Positions 28,208-37,886 are shown, numbered from the stretch's first letter. The stretch is 64,000 nt of DNA from a bacterium (GCA_013823945.1 PNMZ01000001.1:906356-970355); one strand, 5' to 3'. A program made the numbers and translations. Notes: generated by a model from the sequence alone, not told the origin.

Positions 28208-28711
28208 GTGATGATTACGGCAGTGGCGGGGATTGTTTTGATGGGGCAGACGAAGGTGATTCTGCCGGCGACGGATGTGATTTGGCGGGGTCAGTTGAAA
28301 GTGGAGGCGGCGATGCGCTCGGCGTTTGGGAAATCGCCGGAATGGCTGACAATTGAGGGTCGTCCAGGGGTTTTGGCGGCGTTTGAGTCCATGGAGATTC
28401 CGGGACGGAGTCCGGAAATGATGGATGTGATGGTAGTTTTGGATGCGAAGACGCGTCGGGGGAAAGAGATTCAGATCAAGATTTCGGGAGGATTAGGGTG
28501 GGTTGTTCCGTTTGAGATGCTGGGGATTGGGACACTTGGGGTGGAGCGAAAGGTGGGGTCGGTGAGTGCTTTGGAGCGGCGGCAGGGGTGGTCGGCGACG
28601 GATTTTTGGGGGATTCCGGGTTTGCCGAAGGGTACGACAGCTCGGATGATGGAATCGAGTCGAGTGGATGAGGGGGATAACCGGACTGTGTTTACTTTGC
28701 GCGGGCCGTAG
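28208..28711 (+). CDS. Hypothetical protein
   Basis: 167 aa ORF with an N-terminal hydrophobic segment. No recognisable motif. Confidence 0.35.
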   Translation: MMITAVAGIVLMGQTKVILPATDVIWRGQLKVEAAMRSAFGKSPEWLTIEGRPGVLAAFESMEIPGRSPEMMDVMVVLDAKTRRGKEIQIKISGGLGWVVPFEMLGIGTLGVERKVGSVSALERRQGWSATDFWGIPGLPKGTTARMMESSRVDEGDNRTVFTLRGP

Positions 28712-28764
28712 TTTATTAGGAGATTGAAGGCTTCATTGGTAGATATGGTGATTGCCATGAGGAG

Positions 28765-28990
28765 ATTCCGGGTCACGCCCGGAATGGCGACGTAGGGAGC
28801 CTGCGGCATTTTTGTTTGGACTGGATCCCCGCCGGCGCGGGGAAGACGACACTTAATGTTCAGTTGGATTCCGGGTCGCGCTCGAAATGACGAACGGGGA
28901 GTGCTTTCGCACTGGTTTCACCAGTGCCACCCAGGGGATCGCTTTTGATATGCCGGGTCACGCGTAGAATGACGAGAGACGATGGTTTCA
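28765..28990. repeat. Left array of REP-like palindromic repeats (three units; core ATTCCGGGTCACGCCCGGAATGACGA) including the left copy of a ~125 bp direct repeat
   Basis: Unit 1 at 28765-28785 is a perfect 8 bp stem hairpin (ATTCCGGG-tcacg-CCCGGAAT). Units 2+3 (28868-28990) are about 85% identical to 29819-29940. Unit 2 contains nested hairpins gtgc-tttc-gcac and gcactgg-tttca-ccagtgc. Confidence 0.6.
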
Positions 28991-29074
28991 GGGATCGGCT
29001 ATTCGATTTCAAATGCGGAAGGAGCCGTCAGACTGATGAACTGTCTGGGTTAGCCAAACGTGTAATCTTTTGTT

Positions 29075-29806
29075 ATGCGTGGAATTGGAGTTCTTGTCTT
29101 GTTGGCTTTTGGAGGATTGATGTCTTTGGGTGGTCGGGATGTTCAGGAGTTCCAGGTTGAATATCGCCCTTTTGCCTCGGAGCGGCTTATTGATAGAGCG
29201 AAGTTGATTCTGAGTCAGGAGGACGTCACTTCGAAGTTTTTGCCTTATCGGTCGGAATTGCGTGCGCGGGTGTCGGCGGTTACAGAGATCGAATGTGAAT
29301 ACGATGCGGAGAAGTTCTCGTTGAGGGTTGTAGAGGATGTACGAGAGGTCTCTATTGACCGCATGGGGTGCGTTTTTGATGGCCAATCAGGTCGAATGAT
29401 GGTCAAGGCAGATGTTTTGAGATTGCGTGCCTTTCTCGATCGTGTCATTCCGGGGAGTGAATTTTGGCGGCGTGGTGAATTTGAGATGCAATCGGTTGTC
29501 CGATTGACCGGGCGTGAATTGGCGGCGATGAAGATTGTCATGGACGATCTGGTTCGATCGGCTTCGGAAGGTAGGCGAGACTTGGCGCACTATTCTTTTT
29601 CAATTAGTGATGCAAAACAGCATGCCAATTTAGCTAGACCCTATTTTGCTAGAAATTTGGTGGCAGTTTATGTTGAGCCGGCTTGGGCACCAACGCCGGA
29701 AGACTTTCGACGGGTTGGGAGTTCAGAAAATGCGCTTGCGGAGAATTACGAAGCGTTAGTGGATGTGGATGGCGGTCGTGTTTTGGCCCGGTTTGCGCAG
29801 CAGTGA
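29075..29806 (+). CDS. Hypothetical secreted protein flanked by the REP-like repeat arrays
   Basis: Signal peptide MRGIGVLVLLAFGGLMSLGG. 243 aa with no recognisable domain and no HuH/Tyr transposase motifs. Confidence 0.5.
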   Translation: MRGIGVLVLLAFGGLMSLGGRDVQEFQVEYRPFASERLIDRAKLILSQEDVTSKFLPYRSELRARVSAVTEIECEYDAEKFSLRVVEDVREVSIDRMGCVFDGQSGRMMVKADVLRLRAFLDRVIPGSEFWRRGEFEMQSVVRLTGRELAAMKIVMDDLVRSASEGRRDLAHYSFSISDAKQHANLARPYFARNLVAVYVEPAWAPTPEDFRRVGSSENALAENYEALVDVDGGRVLARFAQQ

Positions 29807-29818
29807 CATTGTGAGATT

Positions 29819-30045
29819 ATCCTGGGTAGCGCTCGAAATGACGAACGGGGAGTGCTTTCACACTGATTTCACCAGTGCCACCCAGTGGCTTGCTGTTGAG
29901 ATTCCTGGTCACGCACAGAATGACGAAAGGGGAGCGTTTCTTGAGACTAGACCGTAGTTAGCCCCCTCCTTAGTCCTCCCCCAAAGGGGGAGGCGGAAGG
30001 CAGTCATTACTCTCAATCATTCCGGGTCACGCCCGGCATGACGAG
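29819..30045. repeat. Right array of REP-like palindromic repeats including the right copy of the ~125 bp direct repeat
   Basis: 29819-29940 matches 28868-28990. A perfect hairpin ctccccc-aaa-gggggag at 29966-29982 has no T-tract. Unit 6 at 30019-30045 (attccgggtcacgcccggcatgacgag) matches unit 1. Confidence 0.6.
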
Positions 30046-30087
30046 AGGCACTGGTGGAGTCATTCATCTTTGCTAAAATGAGGGTCG

Positions 30088-31407
30088 ATGCCGAAGGCCG
30101 CATTTACGACGCTTGGTTGCAAGGTGAATCAGTACGAGACGCAGCGGATTTTGGATTCGTTTGCGGCGGATGGGTTTGAGGTAGTTCCGTTTGATCAGCC
30201 GGCGGATGTTTATGTAATCAATACCTGCTCTGTAACAAGCCAGGCGGAGAGCAAGAGTTGGTATGCGGTACGGAAAGCGGCGCGGACGAACCCGGCGGCG
30301 AAAGTGGTGGTGACAGGGTGTGCGGTTCAGATGGGGCTGAACAAGGGCACTGAAATGGAGGTCGGCGACGTTTTTGTGCCGAATCCGGAGAAATTGCAGG
30401 CGAAGGAGTATTTTTATCGGGCATTTCCGGAAATGGAGAATTGGGTGAAGGCGGAGCCGGTATTTCCGGTGGAAACAGGCATTCAGGGTCGGACTCGGGC
30501 GACGTTGAAGATTCAGGATGGGTGCAGTGTGATGTGTTCGTACTGCTCGATTCCTTATACGCGACCGGGGATGGTGAGCCGTCCGGCGGATGAGGTTTTG
30601 GCGGAAGCGAAAAAGCTGGCGGAGATGGGTTACCACGAGGCGATCTTGACGGGGGTTTTGATCGGAGCGTATGGTCCGGAGAGTGGGAGCGGGGGGATGG
30701 AGTTTGAAGAGTTGGTCACGAGGTTGAGCGAAGAGAGTGGGCTCGCCCGAATCAGGATAAGTTCGATCGAGATGCATCAGGTGACAGAGCCGATATTGGA
30801 TTTGGTGCGGAATGGGGTGGTGATGCCGCATTTTCACATTCCGCTTCAGAGTGGTGATTCGGGGGTTCTGAAAGACATGAACCGTCGTTATGACCAGCGG
30901 ATGTATCTCGATTTGTGCGATCGGGTTTATGCGGAGTTACCGGATGTTCAGATCACGACGGACATCATGGTGGGGTTCCCGACGGAGTCAGCGGAGCGGT
31001 TTGAGTCGAGTGTGGCGGTATGTGAGCAAGTGAAGTATTTGAAGGCGCACGTTTTTCGATTTTCGCCAAGGTTTGGAACGCCGGCCGATCAGTGGGGTGA
31101 TCCGGTGAGTCCGCAAGAAAAGCAGGAACGAGCAAAGCGGTTGACGGAGGTAACGACGCGGACAGCGCAAGAGCAGGTGCGGCGTTTTGTGGGTCGGACG
31201 GTGCGAGTTTTGGTGGAGCGTCGGGGGAAGGATGGGCTTTTGGAGGGGACAAGTGATAATTGGTTGACGGTGAAGTTCGCGGGGACGGAGGGGATGCGCC
31301 GGAGTTTGGTTTGGGTTCGCATTGAGGATGAGAAGGACGGGGTGGCGTTTGGGGAGTTGGCGAGTGGTCCGGAGCGGAGCGGGGTTTTGGTGATGGCGCG
31401 GGGTTGA
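30088..31407 (+). CDS. Radical-SAM tRNA methylthiotransferase, MiaB/MtaB family
   Basis: N-terminal MTTase domain (TLGCKVNQYETQ), radical SAM CSYCSIPYTRPG and a C-terminal TRAM domain. 439 aa. Confidence 0.85.
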   Translation: MPKAAFTTLGCKVNQYETQRILDSFAADGFEVVPFDQPADVYVINTCSVTSQAESKSWYAVRKAARTNPAAKVVVTGCAVQMGLNKGTEMEVGDVFVPNPEKLQAKEYFYRAFPEMENWVKAEPVFPVETGIQGRTRATLKIQDGCSVMCSYCSIPYTRPGMVSRPADEVLAEAKKLAEMGYHEAILTGVLIGAYGPESGSGGMEFEELVTRLSEESGLARIRISSIEMHQVTEPILDLVRNGVVMPHFHIPLQSGDSGVLKDMNRRYDQRMYLDLCDRVYAELPDVQITTDIMVGFPTESAERFESSVAVCEQVKYLKAHVFRFSPRFGTPADQWGDPVSPQEKQERAKRLTEVTTRTAQEQVRRFVGRTVRVLVERRGKDGLLEGTSDNWLTVKFAGTEGMRRSLVWVRIEDEKDGVAFGELASGPERSGVLVMARG

Positions 31408-31547
31408 TGGGTTAGGGAATTTCGGCTATTTTTTGACGGGAAGATTCCGTTTGAAATGGTTTCCCTAGTGCCACCGCTGGTTTAATCGTAGATGTTGGTG
31501 GGACTGGTAAAACCCTTTGGACTGGTCAATCCGTATTTAGGGGTGAC

Positions 31548-32453
31548 ATGGGAGCATTTGTTCTTGGGATTTTGTTGCTGGTGGTGGGATTTGCTTTGCG
31601 CTCGAACGCAAAGAACCCAGAATTCAAGAAAGCGGCACCGTTTGCGGTGTTATTGATTCTGGGGGGTGTGGCTTTGGCGGTGATCGGGCCGATTGCGGGT
31701 TCGGTCGTGATTGTGAAGTCGGGTTATGTGGGTGTGAAATTGCGGCTCGGTGCGGCAACGAGTTCGCTGCCAGAAGGTTTACACGTTTTGGTACCTGGGG
31801 TTGAAGAGGTTGAACTTTTGGAAGTTCGGACTCAGAAAGTTGAGAGCCAGGCTACGGCGGCGAGTCGCGACTTGCAGCCAGTGACCACGGATTTGGCGTT
31901 GAACTTCCGAATTGACAGCAGTAAAGCGGCTGATCTTTATAAGGGCGTTGGAACGGAATATGCCTCACGAATCATTGCGCCAGCAGTGCAAGAAGCGATC
32001 AAGGTTGTCACGGCGCAATACACGGCGGAAGACTTGATTCGTCAGCGCGGCAAAGTCAAGACCGAAGTTGAGAATTTGATTGCGGCGAGGTTGCTCCAAT
32101 ACGCGATTATTGTTGATCCAGGTGGCCTTTCAATCACGAACTTTGAATTTTCGCCAGAGTTTAACAAGGCGATTGAGTTGAAGCAGATTGCGCAGCAGGA
32201 TGCGGAGAAGCAGAAGTTTGTGTTGCAACGAGCGGAGCTTGAGAAGCAGACGAAGATTGCCCAGGCGCAGGGTGAAGCAGAGGCGGCCAAGTTGAATGCT
32301 CAGGCTTTGCAGGCGGCGGGTGGTGAGCTTGTTGTGGCGCGGGAGTGGATTCAGAAGTGGGATGGTCAGGTTCCGCAAGTGAGTGGTGGCGGGGGGATGA
32401 TCATTGATCTGGGTTCAATCTTGAAAGGGAAGCCAGCAACGGCTACGAACTAA
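31548..32453 (+). CDS. SPFH/band-7 (prohibitin/HflK/C-like) membrane protein
   Basis: N-terminal TM, then a band-7 core (VIVKSGYVGVKLRLGA...DLALNFRID) and a C-terminal coiled-coil rich in A/E/K/Q. Confidence 0.8.
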   Translation: MGAFVLGILLLVVGFALRSNAKNPEFKKAAPFAVLLILGGVALAVIGPIAGSVVIVKSGYVGVKLRLGAATSSLPEGLHVLVPGVEEVELLEVRTQKVESQATAASRDLQPVTTDLALNFRIDSSKAADLYKGVGTEYASRIIAPAVQEAIKVVTAQYTAEDLIRQRGKVKTEVENLIAARLLQYAIIVDPGGLSITNFEFSPEFNKAIELKQIAQQDAEKQKFVLQRAELEKQTKIAQAQGEAEAAKLNAQALQAAGGELVVAREWIQKWDGQVPQVSGGGGMIIDLGSILKGKPATATN

Positions 32454-32462
32454 ACCTGGTGT

Positions 32463-32501
32463 AAAAAAAATCCCCGGGCTGTCGGCTCCGGGGATTTTTT
32501 C
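32463..32501. terminator. Bidirectional rho-independent terminator between convergent genes
   Basis: An A-tract (aaaaaaaa) precedes the hairpin tccccgg-gctgtcggct-ccgggga, which is followed by a T-tract (tttttt). Confidence 0.6.
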
Positions 32502-32520
32502 TTGGTCGTGCGGTCTTCCC

Positions 32521-33072
32521 TTAGAACTTAACGATGCCGTATTTGAGGCTGAGACTCAGACCGTTGAAGTTGAAGCCTTGGTATTCGGGGCTGATGTCGT
32601 ACCGTGCGGCTAGGGTCAATCGGTCACCGAACTGAATTCCGAGCTCGGCATTGGCGTTGTAGCCGAGTCGCTTAGCACTGAACCTGTTGACGCCTTGGCT
32701 AATGGCGTAGTCGGTGTAATTGAGTCCGCCACGAACAGCGAAGTAGGGTTGGAAATCGTTATTTCCACCAGCGACGCTGTTGAAGGGGATGACGAGTCCA
32801 ACGGTGTATGAGCCGAGGAAGACTTTATTGCCATTTTTGGACTGACTGATCAAATTGAAGTTAGTGCCGACTTTTCGTTCGACGTTGGCCCCTTGGCGCA
32901 TGGTGGAGATTCCGAAGCTGTACCATTGGCTGCCGAGGGCATTGCGAAGATCAGCATCGGCGGGGAGGAAGACGCCAATTTCGGGTCCGGCGTACTGACT
33001 GTTTTGGGCTTGCGCGGCCATTGGAATGGCGACGAGGCTTAAGGTTGCTAGAGCAAGAATGCGGCTTCGCAT
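32521..33072 (-). CDS. Small outer-membrane beta-barrel protein (OmpW/OmpA-like 8-strand family)
   Basis: Signal peptide ending AQA, alternating amphipathic beta-strands with aromatic girdles, and a C-terminal ...YGIVKF ending in Phe. Confidence 0.65.
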   Translation of the reverse strand: MRSRILALATLSLVAIPMAAQAQNSQYAGPEIGVFLPADADLRNALGSQWYSFGISTMRQGANVERKVGTNFNLISQSKNGNKVFLGSYTVGLVIPFNSVAGGNNDFQPYFAVRGGLNYTDYAISQGVNRFSAKRLGYNANAELGIQFGDRLTLAARYDISPEYQGFNFNGLSLSLKYGIVKF

Positions 33073-33241
33073 GGCGTGAAGGTACCCGTTTTGGTTGGAA
33101 TTGGGTTCCGGGGTTTTGATTATTTGGGTCTGGGGGTTAGTTCGGGGAGTTTTTCCTTTGCTCGGTTACCGACTAGGACGTTGTCTCCAAGTTTCTCGAT
33201 GATGAAACTCGACGTCAATTTGGCGCAGTAAGGAAGCTTTC

Positions 33242-33664
33242 GTGACAATACAAAAATTGCCTCATGCCTTCGCCCAGGAGCCCCGGAAGTTGTTTCTTCT
33301 TGATGGCATTGGCGCTATCATTTCGGCCCTTTTCCTGGGTGTTGTCCTTTATCAGTTTGAGACGTTTTTTGGCATGCCGCGCCCGGCTCTGGTTCCGCTT
33401 GCGGGTGCTGCGGTTGGATTCGCCATTTTCTCACTCACCTGTGCAGCTCTCCAACCCAAGAACTGGCGAATTTTTGTCCGGTTGATCGCTTCTTTCAATT
33501 TCATTTACGCGGTTGTTACGTTCGTGATTCTCATCAGGGGTAACCATCCTTTGACTCCCTTTGGAATCGTCTACTTTGTGAATGAATTGATCATTCTTGC
33601 GGCGATCATCACGCTGGAGCTTAAGACCGCCGCCATCCCTCAGACTGAGAACCCGACCAGGTAA
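33242..33664 (+). CDS. Hypothetical small membrane protein (4 TM)
   Basis: 140 aa hydrophobic ORF upstream of fabD. No recognisable motif. Confidence 0.4.
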   Translation: MTIQKLPHAFAQEPRKLFLLDGIGAIISALFLGVVLYQFETFFGMPRPALVPLAGAAVGFAIFSLTCAALQPKNWRIFVRLIASFNFIYAVVTFVILIRGNHPLTPFGIVYFVNELIILAAIITLELKTAAIPQTENPTR

Positions 33665-33674
33665 AACCATATCC

Positions 33675-34601
33675 ATGATCGCGGTGATTTTTCCCGGGCA
33701 AGGATCGCAAAAACCGGGCATGGGTGCCGAGTTGTACCAAACCAACACCTTTGCTCGACAAGTTTTCGATACTGTCGAAACCGCAACCGGAGTCAATGTA
33801 GCCAACCTGTGCTTCAACAGTGACGAAGAAACCCTACGTCAAACTCAGAATGCACAACTTGCTCTCTATACTTGTAGTCTTGCTGCGTACTATGCATTGA
33901 CAGACACCTATCCGGAACTCAAGCCGAGCGGGATGGCGGGTCACAGTGTTGGAGAATATGCTGCCCTTGCTGCCGCCGGTGTAATCTCGCTGGAAACCGG
34001 GGCTAACTTGGTTCAGCGACGAGGCGACATCATGGCCCGCGCCGGAGAATTGCGTCCGGGAGGAATGGCCGCTGTGCTTGGGCTTGAGCGAACGGAACTC
34101 GAATCTGCTCTCGCATCGATCCAGAACGGAATCGCGGTTATTGCCAACGACAATTGCCCAGGTCAGCTTGTAATTTCTGGTGATCGCGATGCGGTTGCAG
34201 AAGCTTCGGCTCTCCTGATGGAACGCGGTGCCCGCCGAGTGCTGCCGCTCAATGTCAGCGGGGCCTTCCACAGTCCGCTCATGGTCGAATCGGCGGAAGC
34301 AATGCGCATCGCGCTTGACCAAGTTCAATTCAATGCCAACGCAATTCCGGTTTATAGTAATGTCACGACAAAACCTGGTGACAACTGGCCGGAATTACTT
34401 GAGCAGCAGCTTAAATCGCCGGTTCTGTGGACTGGCTCGATGGAGCAAATGATCGCCGACGGCTACAACGTATTTATCGAATGCGGGGCAGGGGAAGTCC
34501 TCATCGGGCTTCTGCGCCGAATCGACAAAGAAAAAATAGGACTTCGCGTCCTCGATTCTGCGACTCTTGAAGAAACCCGAAATGCACTTATCGCAAGGTA
34601 A
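33675..34601 (+). CDS. fabD: Malonyl CoA-ACP transacylase
   Basis: MIAVIFPGQGSQKPGMG N-terminus and active-site GHSVGEYAALAAAG. ATG at 33675. Confidence 0.9.
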   Translation: MIAVIFPGQGSQKPGMGAELYQTNTFARQVFDTVETATGVNVANLCFNSDEETLRQTQNAQLALYTCSLAAYYALTDTYPELKPSGMAGHSVGEYAALAAAGVISLETGANLVQRRGDIMARAGELRPGGMAAVLGLERTELESALASIQNGIAVIANDNCPGQLVISGDRDAVAEASALLMERGARRVLPLNVSGAFHSPLMVESAEAMRIALDQVQFNANAIPVYSNVTTKPGDNWPELLEQQLKSPVLWTGSMEQMIADGYNVFIECGAGEVLIGLLRRIDKEKIGLRVLDSATLEETRNALIAR

Positions 34602-34608
34602 CACATCC

Positions 34609-35355
34609 ATGACCATTGACCTCACCGGAAAAGTCGTCGCCGTCACTGGCGCATCGCGCGGCATTGGTGCCGCAATTGCTGAAGCTTTCGCGCACGCTGG
34701 AGCATCCGTTGCTTGCATGGCAACATCCGAAGCGAATGCGGCAAAGACGCGTGATGCCATCGTTGCCGCAGGTGGAAAAGCGGCGGCATTTGCCGTCAAT
34801 GTGGCCGACGAAGATTCTGTCAAAGCTGCATTTACGGCCGCCGAATCGGAACTCGGGCCAATTGCGATTTTGGTCAACAACGCCGGGATCACCCGCGATG
34901 GTTTGATGATGCGCATGAAATCTGATGACTGGGACTCCGTCCTCGCTGTGAATCTGAAGGGGGCTTACCTTTGCACGCAAGCGGTAATGAAATCCATGAT
35001 GAAAGCCCGGTGGGGCCGCATTATAAACATCAGTAGCGTTATTGGTCAGCATGGTGCGGCGGGCCAGGCCAATTACGCGGCTTCCAAGGCCGGACTTCTG
35101 GGTCTGACTATGTCCACGGCTAAGGAACTGGGCTCCCGTGGGATCACTTGCAATGCGATTGCCCCCGGATTCATTGAAACTGATATGACTCACGATCTGG
35201 GTGAGGACTTCAAGACCTACGTCCAAAACACCGCCCCCGCCGGAAGACTAGGCACTCCAGAGGACATTGCCGCGCCTGTTCTGTTCCTTGCGAGCGAACC
35301 CGCCAGCTATATCACGGGGCAGACTTTGACGGTTGATGGTGGACTTTTCCTCTAA
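34609..35355 (+). CDS. fabG: 3-oxoacyl-[ACP] reductase
   Basis: SDR with TGASRGIGAAIA Rossmann motif, NNAG and the YAASKAG catalytic motif. ATG at 34609. Confidence 0.9.
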   Translation: MTIDLTGKVVAVTGASRGIGAAIAEAFAHAGASVACMATSEANAAKTRDAIVAAGGKAAAFAVNVADEDSVKAAFTAAESELGPIAILVNNAGITRDGLMMRMKSDDWDSVLAVNLKGAYLCTQAVMKSMMKARWGRIINISSVIGQHGAAGQANYAASKAGLLGLTMSTAKELGSRGITCNAIAPGFIETDMTHDLGEDFKTYVQNTAPAGRLGTPEDIAAPVLFLASEPASYITGQTLTVDGGLFL

Positions 35356-35445
35356 CCACGACTCACAACGAGCAACCGCGCTAACAAATTCGGAGTAATA
35401 TAGCGGGGGGCAAGAGTGTCCCGCAAACAAAGGAAAACCTAAGAA

Positions 35446-35679
35446 ATGGCAGAAGTTTTTGATCGAGTCCGAAAAGTCATCTGTGAGCAACTCAGTGTGA
35501 CTGAAGGAGAAGTCAGCGAAGACAAGCGCTTCCAAGAAGATCTCAACGCCGACTCCCTGGACGTCGTCGAATTGATCATGGCCCTCGAAGAAGAATTCGG
35601 AATCGAAATTCCCGACGACGATGTTGCGAACATGAAAACCGTTGGCGATGTCTCCGGATACGTTGCATCCAAGGTCTAA
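35446..35679 (+). CDS. acpP: Acyl carrier protein
   Basis: LNADSLDVVELIMALEEEFG carries the phosphopantetheine-attachment DSLD motif. 77 aa. Confidence 0.9.
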   Translation: MAEVFDRVRKVICEQLSVTEGEVSEDKRFQEDLNADSLDVVELIMALEEEFGIEIPDDDVANMKTVGDVSGYVASKV

Positions 35680-35700
35680 GCAACCACAGATATAAGGAAT

Positions 35701-36963
35701 ATGGGCTTTCCTCCCGAGCCATCAGGCCGAGTGGTCATCACCGGAATGGGCGCAATCACGCCCCTCGGTAACACTGTCGAAGAGTTTTGGGCACGCCTCA
35801 TTGCAGGTGAGTCTGGTATTGGAGCCGTTCAACAGATGGACGTCTCCGATTACCCAACTAAGATCGCGGGCGAAGTCAAAGACTTCGACGCTGAACTCTA
35901 TCTCGACAAACGCGAAGCAAAGAAAGTGGACCGATTTATTGCTTTTGCTGCAGCGGCAACCGCGCAAGCTCTCCAGGACGCCAAATTTCCGACCGACGAC
36001 GAAGAACTCAAGCTCGAAACCGGATGCCTTATTGGATCGGGAATCGGCGGTTTGATCATGATGAGTGACCAAACGAAGCGACTTTGGGAGTCTGGACCTT
36101 CGCGGGTTTCACCCTTCCTTGTTCCGTACATGATTCCGGACATGGCGAGTGGCTACACCTCAATCATCCACGGATTCCGAGGCCCCAACACCTGTGTTGT
36201 GACGGCCTGTGCGACCGGGGTTCACTCAATTGGAGATGCGTACCACATCATCAAGCGCGGTGATGCAGTGGCAATGGTCGCGGGTGGAACAGAAGCCCCG
36301 ATTTCTCCGATTGGAATGGCAGGATTCTGTGCCGCTCGGGCCATGACGACAAACAATGAAGCGGGAGCCCGAGCCTCTCGACCATTCGATGCTCACCGTG
36401 ATGGTTTTGTCATGGGTGAAGGTGCCGGGGTTATGGTGCTTGAAGATTACGAATTTGCCAAAGCCCGGGGGGCAAAGATTTATGCCGAAGTCGTTGGGTA
36501 TGGCATGAGCGGCGACGCTCACCACATCACGATGCCCGACCCCGACGGCGATGGAGCTCGTCGGTCAATGCTGAAGGCGATGAAGTCCGCTGGCATTACA
36601 CCGGCGGAAATTGGCTACATCAACGCCCACGGAACGTCCACTCCTTACAACGATAAATTTGAGACTATCGGAATAAAGCGGGCTATGGGCGACCAAGCCT
36701 ATAAAATTCCGGTCAGTAGCACTAAGTCCGCAATTGGTCACCTTCTCGGTGCTGCGGGAGCTGTCGAAAGCGTCATCTGCGTTCTTGCTCTTCGCGACAG
36801 CAAACTCCCGCCCACGATCAACTACGAAACTCCTGATCCGGAGTGTGATCTTGATATCATCCCGAATGTGGCTCGTGATGCAGAAATTGAATATGCAATG
36901 ACCAATTCTTTTGGATTCGGTGGTCACAACGGAACCCTCATATTCAAGAAAACCGTCGAGTAA
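35701..36963 (+). CDS. fabF: 3-oxoacyl-[ACP] synthase II
   Basis: KAS-II active-site Cys context (VVTACATGVHSIGDA), the NAHGTSTPYND His region and GHLLGAAG. 420 aa. Confidence 0.9.
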   Translation: MGFPPEPSGRVVITGMGAITPLGNTVEEFWARLIAGESGIGAVQQMDVSDYPTKIAGEVKDFDAELYLDKREAKKVDRFIAFAAAATAQALQDAKFPTDDEELKLETGCLIGSGIGGLIMMSDQTKRLWESGPSRVSPFLVPYMIPDMASGYTSIIHGFRGPNTCVVTACATGVHSIGDAYHIIKRGDAVAMVAGGTEAPISPIGMAGFCAARAMTTNNEAGARASRPFDAHRDGFVMGEGAGVMVLEDYEFAKARGAKIYAEVVGYGMSGDAHHITMPDPDGDGARRSMLKAMKSAGITPAEIGYINAHGTSTPYNDKFETIGIKRAMGDQAYKIPVSSTKSAIGHLLGAAGAVESVICVLALRDSKLPPTINYETPDPECDLDIIPNVARDAEIEYAMTNSFGFGGHNGTLIFKKTVE

Positions 36964-36966
36964 AGC

Positions 36967-37854
36967 ATGGGCAAATCGCTTGATGAAGCGATCCAATCAT
37001 TCCTGGACCACTTGGCTGCTCGCGGTAGCCAACACACAGTTCGGTCATACGGGGCCGATCTTAATCAATTGGCGGCTGTTACCGATGGAGAATTTAACCT
37101 CTCTGAAGCGGTGCTTCGCCGCTACCTTCGTGAACATGGCACCACTCCCATTACTCGTGCCCGCAAACTCAGTTCCCTGCGGAGTTTTGTCAAATTCTGC
37201 CGTCAGAATGGATGGATTACTCACGACCCCACAGAAGCTCTTGAAGCGCCCTATCGGCGCCGCGAGCTCCCTAAGGCCTTGAGTCAAAACCAGGCCGAAA
37301 ATCTCCTTGAATCTGCGCCAAAATCCCAAACGCCTTTGCGCGACCGTGCCCTTTTGGAACTTGCCTACGCCACGGGAATGCGGGCATCCGAAATCACATC
37401 CATCAATCTCCGCGATCTGGATTTCAAAACCGGTCGATTGATTGTGCTGGGGAAAGGGAACAAGGAACGCATTGTCTTATTCGGTTCGGAAGCAACCCAT
37501 GCCCTGCGGGCCTATATTGAAAAGGAGCGTCCCATGTCGAACGACCCCGCCGTTTTTCTTGGCCCGAAAGGCACTCGCCTGACTACACGGACTCTCCAAA
37601 ACGTTGTCCGTCGCTGGGCTCATGCACTTGGGCTTCCGGCCGATGTCTCGCCTCACACTCTCCGCCACAGCTTCGCGACTCATCTTCTCGATGGGGGGGC
37701 TGACCTCAAAACGGTTCAGCAGCTTTTGGGGCACGAAAATCTTGCGACAACCCAGATTTACACCCATGTCAGTATTGACCGTCTCCGCGATTCTGTCGCT
37801 CAAGCCCACCCTCGGGGAAAATCGCCGAATCCTGACGCTAAACCACCATCGTAA
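36967..37854 (+). CDS. Tyrosine recombinase XerD/XerC-like
   Basis: N-terminal core-binding domain, then catalytic R...HTLRHSFATHLL...GHENLATTQIYTHV with the terminal Tyr. It starts 3 nt after the fabF stop. Confidence 0.8.
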   Translation: MGKSLDEAIQSFLDHLAARGSQHTVRSYGADLNQLAAVTDGEFNLSEAVLRRYLREHGTTPITRARKLSSLRSFVKFCRQNGWITHDPTEALEAPYRRRELPKALSQNQAENLLESAPKSQTPLRDRALLELAYATGMRASEITSINLRDLDFKTGRLIVLGKGNKERIVLFGSEATHALRAYIEKERPMSNDPAVFLGPKGTRLTTRTLQNVVRRWAHALGLPADVSPHTLRHSFATHLLDGGADLKTVQQLLGHENLATTQIYTHVSIDRLRDSVAQAHPRGKSPNPDAKPPS

Positions 37855-37886
37855 CCAGTCCAAAACAAACTTCGTCCAAAATAGCA

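Noticed and set aside
29075-29806. REP-associated tyrosine transposase (RAYT) or IS200-like TnpA between the repeat arrays
   Set aside because: The encoded protein has a signal peptide and lacks an HuH motif or a catalytic Tyr. It is not transposase-like.
28765-30045. Possible CRISPR array, because of repeated about 26-37 bp palindromic units
   Set aside because: Units are degenerate (about 70-90% identity), irregularly spaced (about 87-100 bp), and split into two blocks around a coding gene. No cas genes are in the window. REP/MITE-like repeats fit better.
36967-37854. Integrase marking a prophage or integrative element
   Set aside because: The sequence features are those of chromosomal XerC/XerD. 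No att repeats, phage genes or tRNA target are nearby.
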